A DNA stretch of 63,957 nt from Octopus bimaculoides (Eukaryota), in NCBI RefSeq assembly GCF_001194135.2, contig NC_068981.1, positions 170,449,998 to 170,513,954 on the forward strand, written 5' to 3'. Position numbers and translations under genes: made by a program. Positions 39,385-51,945 of this stretch are shown here, in pieces (the first letter of the stretch is position 1; every line of letters begins with the position of its first letter). Under the pieces are notes generated by a model that did no database searches, was not told where the DNA came from, and saw only the letters and a program-made list of their open reading frames with translations.

Positions 39385-40180
39385 TCGTGTGTCTATAAAG
39401 ACAATAAACATACGGTTTCCAAACCGTATACTTATTGTCTGAACATACGCTAAATTTGTGCAAAGTTTATTCCGAAGGTGCTTCGTGATAAACAGAAGGA
39501 ATGAAGCATTCTGGCAGGAAGAAGATGGTTGAACTCATATCCTCCAATCCAAGAATATTTAAGTTTTTGCAGACCTGTAACGAAAGCTGGAACTAGTGTT
39601 AAGTTCCAGAAACAAAAAGACAAAGTGCTCAATGTAAGCATCGTAGTTTCCCCAGACCTATGAAGTTCAGGCAAAACAAGTCCACAAGGAGCTCATGATG
39701 ATCCCTTTTTCAACAGTAATAGCATAATCTATATCCAGAGTACTATTTTGCCAGGCGGTCTACATAGAGTGCTTTTTCGAGGCTTTGCGGGAGTTAAAGA
39801 AAAGATTCTATCGCAGAAGGCTCTTCTTCCCAGTGGTTCATTAACAACTGCGGCAAGATAATGCACCTATTTGACTGAGATGGCCATTAACACCTCTCAC
39901 CGCTCCTACAGTCCAGCCCTTACTCCCTGTGACTTTTTCTTGTCCCCAAGCTGAAGGAGCGCTTCTTCTCAAAACGTGGATACGATAAAGTAGGCTATAA
40001 TAAGGAACCTCGACAACTTCACAGGGGATGACTTCTGTGGGGCCTTCACGAAGTGGCAGTAGCGCTACAACAAGCATTAAATTAAGATGATCCCACATTC
40101 AAAGAGATTAGAGTTTTGTATTTCTTTTTAAATATTTGTCTTTTGTGAAAAAGTGTGAAAACGTCTAGAATGACCAAGTA
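39385..40180 (+). mobile_element. Degraded mariner (irritans-like) transposase, 5'-truncated
   Basis: ICAKFIPKVLRDKQKE...TCNESW...PETKRQSAQ...MMIPFF...QDNAP (39854)...YSPALTPCDFFL (39907), across frameshifts; TIR-like aaagtgtgaaaacgtctagaatgacc near 40150-40175. Confidence 0.85.
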
Positions 40181-41408
40181 ACTTTTGGCAAAACGCACAG
40201 AAAATGTGTATTTACAAACGAAAATGTAGTAGCTAATCCTGCAAAGTTGAACGAAAGCAAAATATGATGGGCAACGCTAAAGAGGTAATTGAATATAGGT
40301 ATTACTTTCGCATGACGATGAATATATTTTACTAGAAGCAAATATATTTTATGTCAATATAAAAGCTTCTTTGAAATCTCAGTAGAAAATTTTTTATCGT
40401 GATCCAGCTAGGCTGTTCGAATAAAATATACATGAGTATGAACAGAATACCACTAACCTAAAAGCAGTACCTAAAAGATACTCTCCAGAGACACACCCAA
40501 ATGAATTCGGAATGAGTAATTTAATGCAAGGAAATGCAAAAACAATCTAAAAATCAAGGGTAATACAGATCCCCAGCTCAAAATATCTATCAAGTGATGA
40601 ATCGCTTCTTTATTTTTCTTAACCAAAAGAAACACGGTGAAATGTCTGAGGAAGACTGACTAGTATGGAGTAACAGGAAACGAGCAAATCAGCTGTTGCA
40701 ACAGCAGTCAACGGATAGTAAACCACTGACAAGATGGGCAAAATTATGTGATAACGGAAATAATTTATGGCAGTTACTACATAAATATAGCGACGGGCAT
40801 CAATTAACTAGTCTATAATGGAAGGAACTAGAACAAAGAATCTTTTCAAAGATGTGTATGTGACCATTCCTGCATGAAGAAATGCTCATTTCTTATTGCC
40901 GATATTTATATAGTAACTTCCTTTTGCTGACTAAATGTTTAATTCATTGGGATTTTAAAGGTCAAACTCCTGTCAGGTTCGTCAAGCAACAGATAAAAGT
41001 TTACTGGCTCATTATTTGTTCTATGAATTGCAAATTGAATTAATTCGTTTGTTCCCAGCTTATTTTGAAACTCATATGCTCTGAAAGATCAAATGCTGTT
41101 CATTAATAGTTAGTGCATCACATAACTCCAAAGATGTCAGCAACGAAAATCTACCTTACATTACCTTCAAAATGCAAATTATGACAATTTTCACGAAACA
41201 GAGGATAAGATTGTAATCTTGATAATGAATAAGGAGTGTAAAAACAGGAGTGCTTTGGAAGAATGTAGCGGTCTGTGAAATGAGAATATTCGTACCACAG
41301 TGTACAAGGGATAACAAAATGAACAGGTAAAATAGAGAATGGGACATCATAAGCATCAAATCTAAATGAAAACACAGTGCTCAGCTGAGTATTTTGAAAA
41401 TTAATTCA

Positions 41409-41495
41409 ACTTGCCCAAGTCGCCGCACAGTGACACTGAACTCAAGACTGCATACTTCAGAAGCAACATTTTAGTCACACAGCCACACTTGCGTC
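41409..41495 (-). mobile_element. tRNA/CORE-type SINE head fragment
   Basis: acttgcccaag...gtcacacagccacacttgcg matches the reverse complement of the 33849 head. Confidence 0.7.
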
Positions 41496-42813
41496 TATGT
41501 TGCTAAAAATGTGTAAATTAAATTAAACTACAAGTGACTGAGAATAAGAGAAAAAGCATATTTATTCCAGAACCAATCAAATGACGCAAATGAAAGAAAG
41601 GATAGGGTCACATTATTACTCAGGTCTGTTTTGTGTCTTTCGTGATTGATTCAGTTATTATTTTCATCATGTTCTGAAGCTTCAAATTAAATTTCTGTTA
41701 ATCTTTTATACCTCTGAAAATATTTGAAAATATTTCTTGTGACTAATTCCCAGAAATTTATATTACTGATTTAAATAGCTAAAACATTGCAAATGGATCC
41801 AATACTGATGCAAATAACAAACACCTTTCAAATGATCTGATATAAAAATTACGATATGGCATGGAAACATTGGAGAATATAGCTTAAATCGATGGAAGTG
41901 TGCCACAAAATATACAACTCTATATCAGAAAACATCGTCCTAAATCATTGTGTATCAACGCCGAATATCTTATGACACCTGGAACAGCAGTCCTAGAAGA
42001 CTAGTGTTTCCGTAAGCTTAAACCGATAAGGTACTATCCCCAAGGAAATGTGTCTAACAGTCAGCCTAACATTGACAGAGAACTTTGTCGAAATATTTAT
42101 GTCGGAATTACAATATGAAGCATTGCGCAGAAACACACAGGACCGGCAGGCAAAAGAGTTCTGAAGAACTGAAAATCCATTTAGTCATTCCATGATAAAT
42201 ACAATGAATATTTGAATTGTGGTGTTTCAATTTTAATAGTTGCAGGCCAATGGCGATTAAAAAGATTCGTTATGACTAAGAACCTTTCATGTCGTCGGTC
42301 CGATGTGAATGTTTCATATATTTTACAATACTGGAGAGACACTATTAAACCTGATATATTGTAGAGTAGTGAACCTTTAATTTTATAACATTCTCCCAAA
42401 ATTTTATATTCAGAAACGGCATCAGTTACAAAAACTCTTTTGAAGTACATATTGTGTACACCCTTTATAATCTCTTCTATGATTTGATATCTGTGCATTG
42501 TAAAATATTTTATATTGTAGAATATAATATAGATTAAACCTATAATGTTACAGAGTCTTCTCATAGCGTGTAATCAGAATGTTGTGCTAAATTTGAGTCG
42601 AGAAAATTCAGGTTATCGGTAAGCTGATCAGAAAGTTCTTGTTCAGTCTTATATCATTGAACAAAGTTTTCGCCCATGCTGTTTTACTAAATTTTGTAAT
42701 TGATTAACCTACGGAAAAAGCGCAGGAATTGTAGCTGGTTTCAGAACCACTGAGAATTCTTATAGGAAGGAATAGCGTTTTCTCAGACGAGAATTTCAGC
42801 AGAGGCTGAAATA

Positions 42814-42979
42814 CGATAGAAGACGATAAAGATAGTTAGGATGTAAAAGGAATCGAAGGATTAAGTGTAAGGCATAAAGCATGACACATATATATAGATA
42901 TCGATAGAAGACGATAAAGATAGTGAGGATATAAAATGAAGCGAAGGATTACGTGTAAGGCATAAAGCATGACATATAC
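42814..42979. repeat. Direct tandem duplication, period 88 bp
   Basis: cgatagaagacgataaagatagt...gaaggatta.gtgtaaggcataaagcatgaca at 42814 and 42902. Confidence 0.93.
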
Positions 42980-43009
42980 AGGAACAACAAATTACTCTTG
43001 ATACATGTC

Positions 43010-43715
43010 ACTAATACATAACGAACGAATCTATAGCCATCTGCCAACGTGCAGTACATACATACAGACATACATGCATACATACATACATACATACATA
43101 CATACATACATACATACATACATACATACATACAATACATACATGCATACATGATGGCTGCAAACTCGTGTTCGAGCATTGCTATCCCCCGATCGAAAGT
43201 CTCACACATGTGAAGGCTACGACCAGCCATTTTTGAGATAGTTCTTCCTTTCGTTTTCAAGTAAGCCTGTGCATGATCATTTTTTGATAATGGCGGAAGG
43301 ATTTGCACAAATCCACTCGTATTCTCTGAACACGGACAACATAATTTCAAAAAAAAGGAACTAGTCTACATCGAATATCATCAGCATCGCAAGTTTCTTC
43401 CAAGAGTTTCTCTCTCCTAGAGGGATGTTGTGACAACAGAGGGGCCTCCCATTTTCAGTGGACAAACCGTGCGCCTGGACATCAATCCGGGTATTTCCAC
43501 GTCCGTGCGCATACATTAATGCACATACACAAATGTACACATATTGTTGGATGGCTGTTGACTGCTCATGAGGTTTGCCGCCCTTCGACAAGTCTTATTC
43601 GTCATCCTGAAATGTGTCCAACAATAACCCTCCTCACCAAGCAAGCTTGATGGGGTCGCCAGTCTACTCGCTCACGACCCAACCCTGCAACAGTTTGTAC
43701 TTGCTTACATGTTAC
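43010..43715 (-). mobile_element. Highly degraded mariner remnant interrupted by (TACA)n
   Basis: Minus-strand traces: YKLLQ...DDE, NVCAR, KKLAMLMIFDVD, KNGWS, DSNARTR, then ARWQMAIDS..Y* on the other side of the repeat; order fits mariner. Confidence 0.5.
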
Positions 43716-43816
43716 CTGTCTCGACCATACATACATACACAGATACAGACAGACAGGCATAAATACTCACATATATGTGGATATATGTATTTATGTGTGT
43801 ATATATGAATGCACCC

Positions 43817-43853
<37 letters not shown>

Positions 43854-44558
43854 TATAGACAGGCTGAGAGACAAGCGTTAAATATGATTCATATAGAACC
43901 AATCTAAACTATGCTAAACTGCGCTAAATTCCTAAAAGTGGCACATAAGTACACTCAACGTGCAATTCAAAAGTTGAAGTACTCATATAATATTTAAGCG
44001 TTTCCTGAATAATTTCTGTTTTGAAAATTTTATTAATAATGAATTGGACGATTGTAATTATTCCTAATGGTTTACTAAAATAATTACTTTGAGCCACTTA
44101 TATATGATAATAGGATGTAATTATTATGAAACAACACAAAAACTATATTTTCTCCAGAGCAAAGTCGATTATAATGATTAAGTCAATCTCATAGTACCCA
44201 AATTTCTGCCGACTTTATATAAAACATGCAGCATTTTCGTATACACACTCTATAATATGATGATTTAATTCACTTACAATTTGGTAAAAGGTTGAAGTAT
44301 ATATTTTAATTTTGTGAATTCTTATTACATCTGATAGAAAACAAATAATTTTAGTCGGAATTTGTTATATTGAAATTATATTTGTGTAGTTTTTATTATA
44401 TACATTCACACATATTGCAAATGTGTATGGCTTCAGGGTTATTACATTGCATAAGATTTATTAAGCATTATGCTACCGCATCTGTTCCTATCTGACCCAC
44501 CTTTGATGACTTTTTAATAATCTATTTATTGCTTTCCTAATATTTGAATGCATGTATT

Positions 44559-44635
<77 letters not shown>

Positions 44636-44696
44636 ATATAATATATGTACATATATATATATATAATGAAATAATTACTGTGAAGCATTGTGTAGA

Positions 44697-45002
44697 ATAT
44701 ATTGTATAAAAGATCGGGGCTAAGTCCAAAATAATGCGAAGTTAATGCAAGGTAAATCACAAGGAAATAAATATGTGAATTAATGTAGGCTTATGTTGTA
44801 TTCAATATTTCGGGGTTGTGACCCCATCCTCAAGAAATTGACGAATGTTGCACATCGGGAACTTTCGTCAGTTTCTTGAATAACCCCGAAATATTGAATA
44901 CAAGGTAAGTCTACATTAATTCACATCTCTGTTTTGTTGTGATTTACCTTGCATTTACTTCGCATTGTTTTGGCCTTACCCACGATCTTTTATACAATAT
45001 AT
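44697..45002. repeat. Fold-back inverted repeat / MITE-like, arms about 140 bp
   Basis: atatattgtataaaagatcg...tcaagaaattgacgaa (to 44845) pairs with ttcgtcagtttcttga...cgatcttttatacaatatat; loop 44846-44863; a 12-nt bulge at 44818-44829. Confidence 0.92.
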
Positions 45003-46624
45003 ATATATATATATAATTATAAAATCTGTTAATTAATCATATATTAATTAATATCCATTAATTATCAGGAGGATGGTAAGAATTTGACAAATCCGAAACC
45101 GGTCCCTGTTTGAGAATGACTTTTTAGGTGATTTTAAATGTCTTGACCGCTCACGTTTTTGGTATGCTGCTATATTTCATGTTGAGAACAATTTAGGTCT
45201 TNNNNNNNNNNNNNNNNNNNNNNNNNNNNNNNNNNNNNNNNNNNNNNNNNNNNNNNNNNNNNNNNNNNNNNNNNNNNNNNNNNNNNNNNNNNNNNNNNNN
45301 NNNNNNNNNNNNNNNNNNNNNNNNNNNNNNNNNNNNNNNNNNNNNNNNNNNNNNNNNNNNNNNNNNNNNNNNNNNNNNNNNNNNNNNNNNNNNNNNNNNN
45401 NNNNNNNNNNNNNNNNNNNNNNNNNNNNNNNNNNNNNNNNNNNNNNNNNNNNNNNNNNNNNNNNNNNNNNNNNNNNNNNNNNNNNNNNNNNNNNNNNNNN
45501 NNNNNNNNNNNNNNNNNNNNNNNNNNNNNNNNNNNNNNNNNNNNNNNNNNNNNNNNNNNNNNNNNNNNNNNNNNNNNNNNNNNNNNNNNNNNNNNNNNNN
45601 NNNNNNNNNNNNNNNNNNNNNNNNNNNNNNNNNNNNNNNNNNNNNNNNNNNNNNNNNNNNNNNNNNNNNNNNNNNNNNNNNNNNNNNNNNNNNNNNNNNN
45701 NNNNNNNNNNNNNNNNNNNNNNNNNNNNNNNNNNNNNNNNNNNNNNNNNNNNNNNNNNNNNNNNNNNNNNNNNNNNNNNNNNNNNNNNNNNNNNNNNNNN
45801 NNNNNNNNNNNNNNNNNNNNNNNNNNNNNNNNNNNNNNNNNNNNNNNNNNNNNNNNNNNNNNNNNNNNNNNNNNNNNNNNNNNNNNNNNNNNNNNNNNNN
45901 NNNNNNNNNNNNNNNNNNNNNNNNNNNNNNNNNNNNNNNNNNNNNNNNNNNNNNNNNNNNNNNNNNNNNNNNNNNNNNNNNNNNNNNNNNNNNNNNNNNN
46001 NNNNNNNNNNNNNNNNNNNNNNNNNNNNNNNNNNNNNNNNNNNNNNNNNNNNNNNNNNNNNNNNNNNNNNNNNNNNNNNNNNNNNNNNNNNNNNNNNATA
46101 TATATAGTGAGAGAGAGAGAGTGAAAGAAAGAGATGTAAAAAAGGTTGAATATTGATTCGTCCTTTAATTTGGAGGTTTCCCAAAAAGATTTCTAATGGT
46201 TCTTCTTCATATTTTGCTGGTAGTTTACAGGCGTAAATTTGCGAATATGAAAATAATACTTGTATATGATGTGTCGTGAATTTATAGAAAGAAAGCCCAT
46301 AAAGCTCAACAATTTAGTTAAAAATGGAGAAGGCAAGTTGTTAAAATGTATCAGAGAATTTTAATCTATGGAGGCGATCGTTTCGTACGGAGATATTAAA
46401 AAGATGCAAATTCATGATTGAAGTGAATTAAATTAAATTATTCAAATAAATTAAATAATTATACATCAATGTATACTTCAGTGCTGGAAGTATAAAAATA
46501 ATTTTTACAATGAACTAGAGAAAAGAAATAGCAGAAGAATAGAATTTAGGAGGTTCATATTTATCATTATGTGAAAGAGATGTTAGTCCAGTTAGTTATT
46601 AACTATAAGTAAATTCTATAACGG

Positions 46625-47171
46625 TTATTTTAAGCCACATGGTTACGGATTCCTTTCCACTGCGGAGCAGCTTGGGCAATTGTCGTCTACTATAGTTACA
46701 GGCCGACCAAATCCTTCTGAAAGAATTTAGTAGACGGAAACTGAAAGAATCCTGTCATCTACACATTCTTATATGTATTATATATATTCTTATATATATA
46801 ATTATAAAATATAATTAAGGGCTATGGAATGCCAGCTCCTGTACGCTAAAAGTAGATGTTAAATACCTACAATGCACTCTGAATTAGTTCTCTATTTTAA
46901 CCCTAGGTCGGATGCGAGGTAATGGGCAAGAAGATTTACAAAATTTTGGATGATCCGACTTAGGGTTATAAACCGAGAACTAATTTAGAGTGGATTGTTG
47001 ATATTTGACATCTACTTTTAGCGTATAGGCAGTGGCATTCCAGAGCCTTTACTTATAATCATATTTTATGATTATTAATTATAATCTTAATGAATTTTAT
47101 ATATATATGTATGCATGTATATATGTATGTATGTATGCATGCATATATATACATGCATGTATGTATTTATA

Positions 47172-47236
<65 letters not shown>

Positions 47237-47452
47237 TTGTCCCTCCATCACTGTTTGAAATTCAGTGTTGCTATGTTTATGTCCCCGTAATCTAGTGGTT
47301 CGGCAATGATACCGATAGAGTCAGTACTACACTCTAAAATGTAAGTCCTGGCGTCGACTTGTTCTACGAAGTCCCTTCAAGTCTGTGCCCCAACATGGCC
47401 GCACTCACATGATTGAAACAAGTAACAGAATAATGAATACAAGAATAAAAGT
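46625..47452 (+). mobile_element. CORE-type SINE (head 46625-46756, tail B 47236-47452) with expanded internal microsatellite and nested fold-back
   Basis: Same module order as the intact 20905-21194 copy, but the linker is about 480 bp. Confidence 0.7.
46816..47051. repeat. Fold-back inverted repeat / MITE-like, arms about 100 bp
   Basis: ggctatggaatgccagctcctgtacgctaaaagtagatgttaaata pairs with tatttgacatctacttttagcgtataggcagtggcattccagagcc; inner taaccctaggtcggat pairs with atccgacttagggtta. Confidence 0.9.
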
Positions 47453-47560
47453 ATACGTGTGTGTCCACGTTTGTGTGTGTGTGTGCATGCGTTTGTCTGT
47501 GTGTGTGTGTGTGAGTGTTTATGCGTGTTTGTGTGCTCTCATCTACATATGTATGTATGT

Positions 47561-47835
47561 ATCATCATAAATATACAGGGATTAGCATTGAGTTGCTTTT
47601 CCAACATACTGAAAATTTAGAAATAGCAGTCAAAGAACTACTGATTCTAAACTACACATTTTTCTCTAAACGGATGGCGATATTTATGGCACACATAGAA
47701 CAAAAAACCGAAATATCGCCATCCGTTTAGAGAAAAATTTGTAGTTTAGAATCAGTAGTTCTTTGACTGCTATTTCTAAATTTTCAGTATGTTGGAGAAG
47801 CAGCTCAATGCTAAACCCTGTATATTTATGATGAT
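47561..47835. repeat. Near-perfect fold-back, 125-bp arms, 25-nt loop
   Basis: 47561-47685 versus 47711-47835, about 4 mismatches counted by eye; contains TA-CAGGG...CCCTG-TA. Confidence 0.97.
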
Positions 47836-48476
47836 AAATGGTTTTACCGATAAAGGTTTTTTCATACTGAACTACTTGGCAAAATTGTTAATTATTAATT
47901 CTATTATTAATTGACGATTCCCTGCCCTTATTCTTGTATGTATGTATGTATGTATATTACACTTGTGATATTAGATTTTCCAAAAAAGGAAAAATAGCAG
48001 TAGCACATTTCAGTCTGTGTGAAATTTAAATATTTCTTGTGTTCTGAATACACAAGAATCGAAAGCACTATCAATTAAAAGGGAAACATTTGTTACATGT
48101 TTGAATTTTTCTCTACGTGCAAGATCACAACTTAATACTTTCCTATGTTAAGTTATAAGATAATATGAACAAATGTTTTGCTGCTCACTAAACAAGATTA
48201 GGTCCAATGAACGTATTTCAAAATTGAGGCCTATATATACCTATATATACCATTTTTAATTATTTGTAGTTAAATTTATTGCATTCAGAAGTGCAATATT
48301 TAGTGAGATTTGAATGCCGACACTATGAGATTGATATATCATGTTGTAGATTCTTTGTTGGGAAGTGACAGCACAATGTGGCATACGTTCATGTGAAGGA
48401 AAAATAAACACATACACTTTCACACACTACATACAGGTGTGCACGAACGACAGTCAAAGATATGATATACCATAAG

Positions 48477-48537
<61 letters not shown>

Positions 48538-51500
48538 GTACGTGTGTATGTTTGTGTATACATTAACGATACACATATAAATATTTTCACTAAAGCAGAG
48601 AATAACATTTCAACAGTAAGAATATATGAAACCCCTGAACCATGACCAGTAACCGCTGAACAGTAACAAAAACAATCATCCCAAACAAAGCAAATTCAGA
48701 AATCAATTTTAATTTCAGCTTTCTAAGCGACAAAGATATATATACAAGACGCATGATATAACTTAAATGAACCGAAAACAGAAAAATCAACAAAGATAAC
48801 AGAAATTAAACGTACATTAAAGTAAACATAAACATACGAAAACATTGAAAACAAGGAAACGCAATGAAACACGACAGGCCAATCACTGGAGTCTTAGTAA
48901 ACATATAGAATTTAAAAATACGCTATAAAATCAAAGATACTTTCGTAAAATATACCAACTATAACAATAACGAAATTGATAAACACGAATATTATTTTAA
49001 AAAGAACATGAAACAATTAAAGTATATATAAACGAAAACAATAGGTAGGATATGAACCAACATCCTTGTATATAAAATAAACATACATAAGAATTAAAGA
49101 GCTCTCCTTAGAACATCGCAGATTCGGCTAACTTGAATCCCAAGTCAAAGAAATTGATACAAAACACACATTCATAACAAATGTTAAAACTTGCAGAAAA
49201 AGTAGAACATGCGAGAATATATATATATGTATGTGAATATTTTTTATTAGATTTTTTATTATTGTATATATATATATATGTATGTGAGTTTTTGCGTGTG
49301 TGTTAGTGATGTAGAGAAGTGTTCTCGCCGTAAGTAAAATGGTTGCGCATTTTTCATAATCTCATTTTGGTTTTATAATCTCTTTTGACGCTCGAACTTT
49401 CTCTACTTCTTTATTTCTAACATAAAACGTGACGATGTGATGTAGATGAAAGAAAGAAGAAAAGGAGTAATACAATTATTACGTCCCCTATATTTTGCCT
49501 GATTCTCTTCATGCACTCATATCTATATTTGTGTGTGTTTGTGTGTGCGTGCACGTGAGTATGTGAGTGCGTATCTATGTATGTGTGTATTATTTGACTG
49601 TGTGGGCTTTTTGTCCGTATAAATATGTTATTACATACATATTGCGTTGGAGTGTTTGCGTGGACGTACTTCTAAGAGTGCCAATGCCTGCGTTCTATAT
49701 TATTGATCATAACGTAGCTACGTTAGCCACGCACCGATGATCTATTTAGAAGTACGTGATAGAGAGCTTGTACATGATTTCAGCCAAGTGTCCTTCAGAA
49801 TGCGTATATAGATATATCATTCATTTTTTTATGTTTACATGATCATTATTCTATCATATAATCTACGTTAATTGTAGAATATAGGTTTCATATACAAATA
49901 GAAGGACGTTAATAAGCACTAAGTGTCAGGTTCCAAGTTGTAATCATATGTAAAACGCAAATGGAGACACTCATACATTCGCACTCACAGAAACAGGCAG
50001 AAGTACACTCTCATTCGTGTAAGCAGGAACATTTAGAGATATATTCACTTTCGTATATGAGTGCATACGTGCGTCTAGACGGATTAATGTTTAATCTTAT
50101 ACGAAGCTATATGTAAAAAAAAGTGACATTACACGATGCTTTTTCATACGTAGAGTACGTATTTATTATGTTCTTGTATTTTTTTTAATGAAAACGAGTG
50201 CCAGTGACTTCGATGTTTCAGTTTACTCATCGTTATTAGACTATGATTTTCTTTGCTTTTCCTTAGTGTACCGAGGGTGGCATATTTATTTTCCCATTAA
50301 GTAAATAGTAATTTAGACGTTATTCAAACATAAATTGAAGAATTGCAAATGTTGTATGACGTTTCTCAACGTTCTTACGTTGCATTGTTTTCCCTTAATT
50401 AAATATGGCATCTCAAACGAAACAAGAATAAAGTTTAGCATTGAAAATGGCAGGTAAAAAGAATGGTGAAGTGGTAAATAGTTGAGTAATAACTAAGGGC
50501 TATGGTGAAAGCAAAGGTTGGACATTTTGAAATGTAAATCTATTTGAAATATTGTCAATAATTATAATAATCAACCTGTAAACTTTCATTAACGATAACC
50601 TAAAACTTTTTATTTCATTATAAAATGAACAATGGGTATATATGTGTGCGTATGTGTGTGTGTGTAAAGATAGAGGCTTGGGGAGAGATTTCTTTGGAAG
50701 GTTGGAAAATGAGCAGCAACGTTACTTATGATGTAGGCAAATACAAAATGGTCGTCTAAAAGAAACGATAAAGTCTATGTTTGTCACGAGCGGTGTGAAG
50801 GAAAAAGATGACGAATACAATTTGATAGAAGCCTAAACCACACGTAATTTACTGGAACCGTCAATCCAAAATTATAAAACTAAAATAAGCACAGACTGAT
50901 AAGAGGACATACGCTAAAGCTTCACATTCACGGTCGAATCATTATATATATATAATAAACACGCACTCATATATTTGTACAGACATATATGTATGTATGT
51001 GGAGATGGATGGAGGAAAGGAAAGTCAGATGTGTATACATGTGTGCTGAATGTTAGAATTAGTTATGAGGAGAAATACGGTGAAGGCAAATAATTTTATA
51101 GAAAAATGTATATCTAAGCTGACATCTATTTTCTTTTACCATAATTTTCAAGGCAACACAATGAAGAAGTGAATCAGATGATTCCGTTGATTTTTACATA
51201 TTTTGTAGTTTATTCTTTTATACATGACTACTCATTTTCCTTGTTAAATGTTACTTCACTGTGAATTTATTTATAGGTGACTTGTTCGTTTTATTAGTCT
51301 GGTCGGTTATTATTTCCTAATTCTAATTGAATTTCTAATACATATTTTCTTGGCGTGACTGTGCTTATAAGAGCACCATTTCAGTTCGCGAGGTAGGTAT
51401 ATTTGTTGAGTTCTTATTTCGTAAATGAAATAGCAAACGTTAGAAGCCGACCAATGAAAATTATATATGCACACAGAATAACGAACCCACTTCAAAACAT

Positions 51501-51567
51501 TATTAGGAATACGGAAATTAAAGCAAAGTTCAGCTACAATGGCGTGAACATCACTTCATGAGTAAAC

Positions 51568-51630
<63 letters not shown>

Positions 51631-51945
51631 TAAATGAATAAATAACACCAGATGGATAAGGCATCAATGCATTACAACTGTTTCATCACAACGAATTTTC
51701 AGTTGATTAATGGACACATCACATCATTAGAAAAAAAAAAAACCTTTCCATCCGTTACGGTTATTGATATACTCAATCGGGTACAATTAATCGTATGCAT
51801 AACCTGAATATCTTTCTGTCTGTATTTCGGTACCCGCATATATATATATCTACTTTTCTTGTATACAAATTTTACTTTTCGACCCGACCCGGTGCCTTAC
51901 CATTTAAATGCATGATTCACTTTAATCTTGACCTATCACATATAT

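Noticed and set aside
40400-40900. Possible GIY-YIG-like CSNKIYM stretch
   Set aside because: Motif spacing is not supported and no downstream signature is present.
42181-42564. 127-aa ORF vaguely like a LINE endonuclease
   Set aside because: No diagnostic APE motifs (GDFN, SDH) found; too weak to call.
50265-50520. Possible Tc1 5' end (taccgagggtggc...MASQTKQE)
   Set aside because: No matching second TIR or catalytic motifs.
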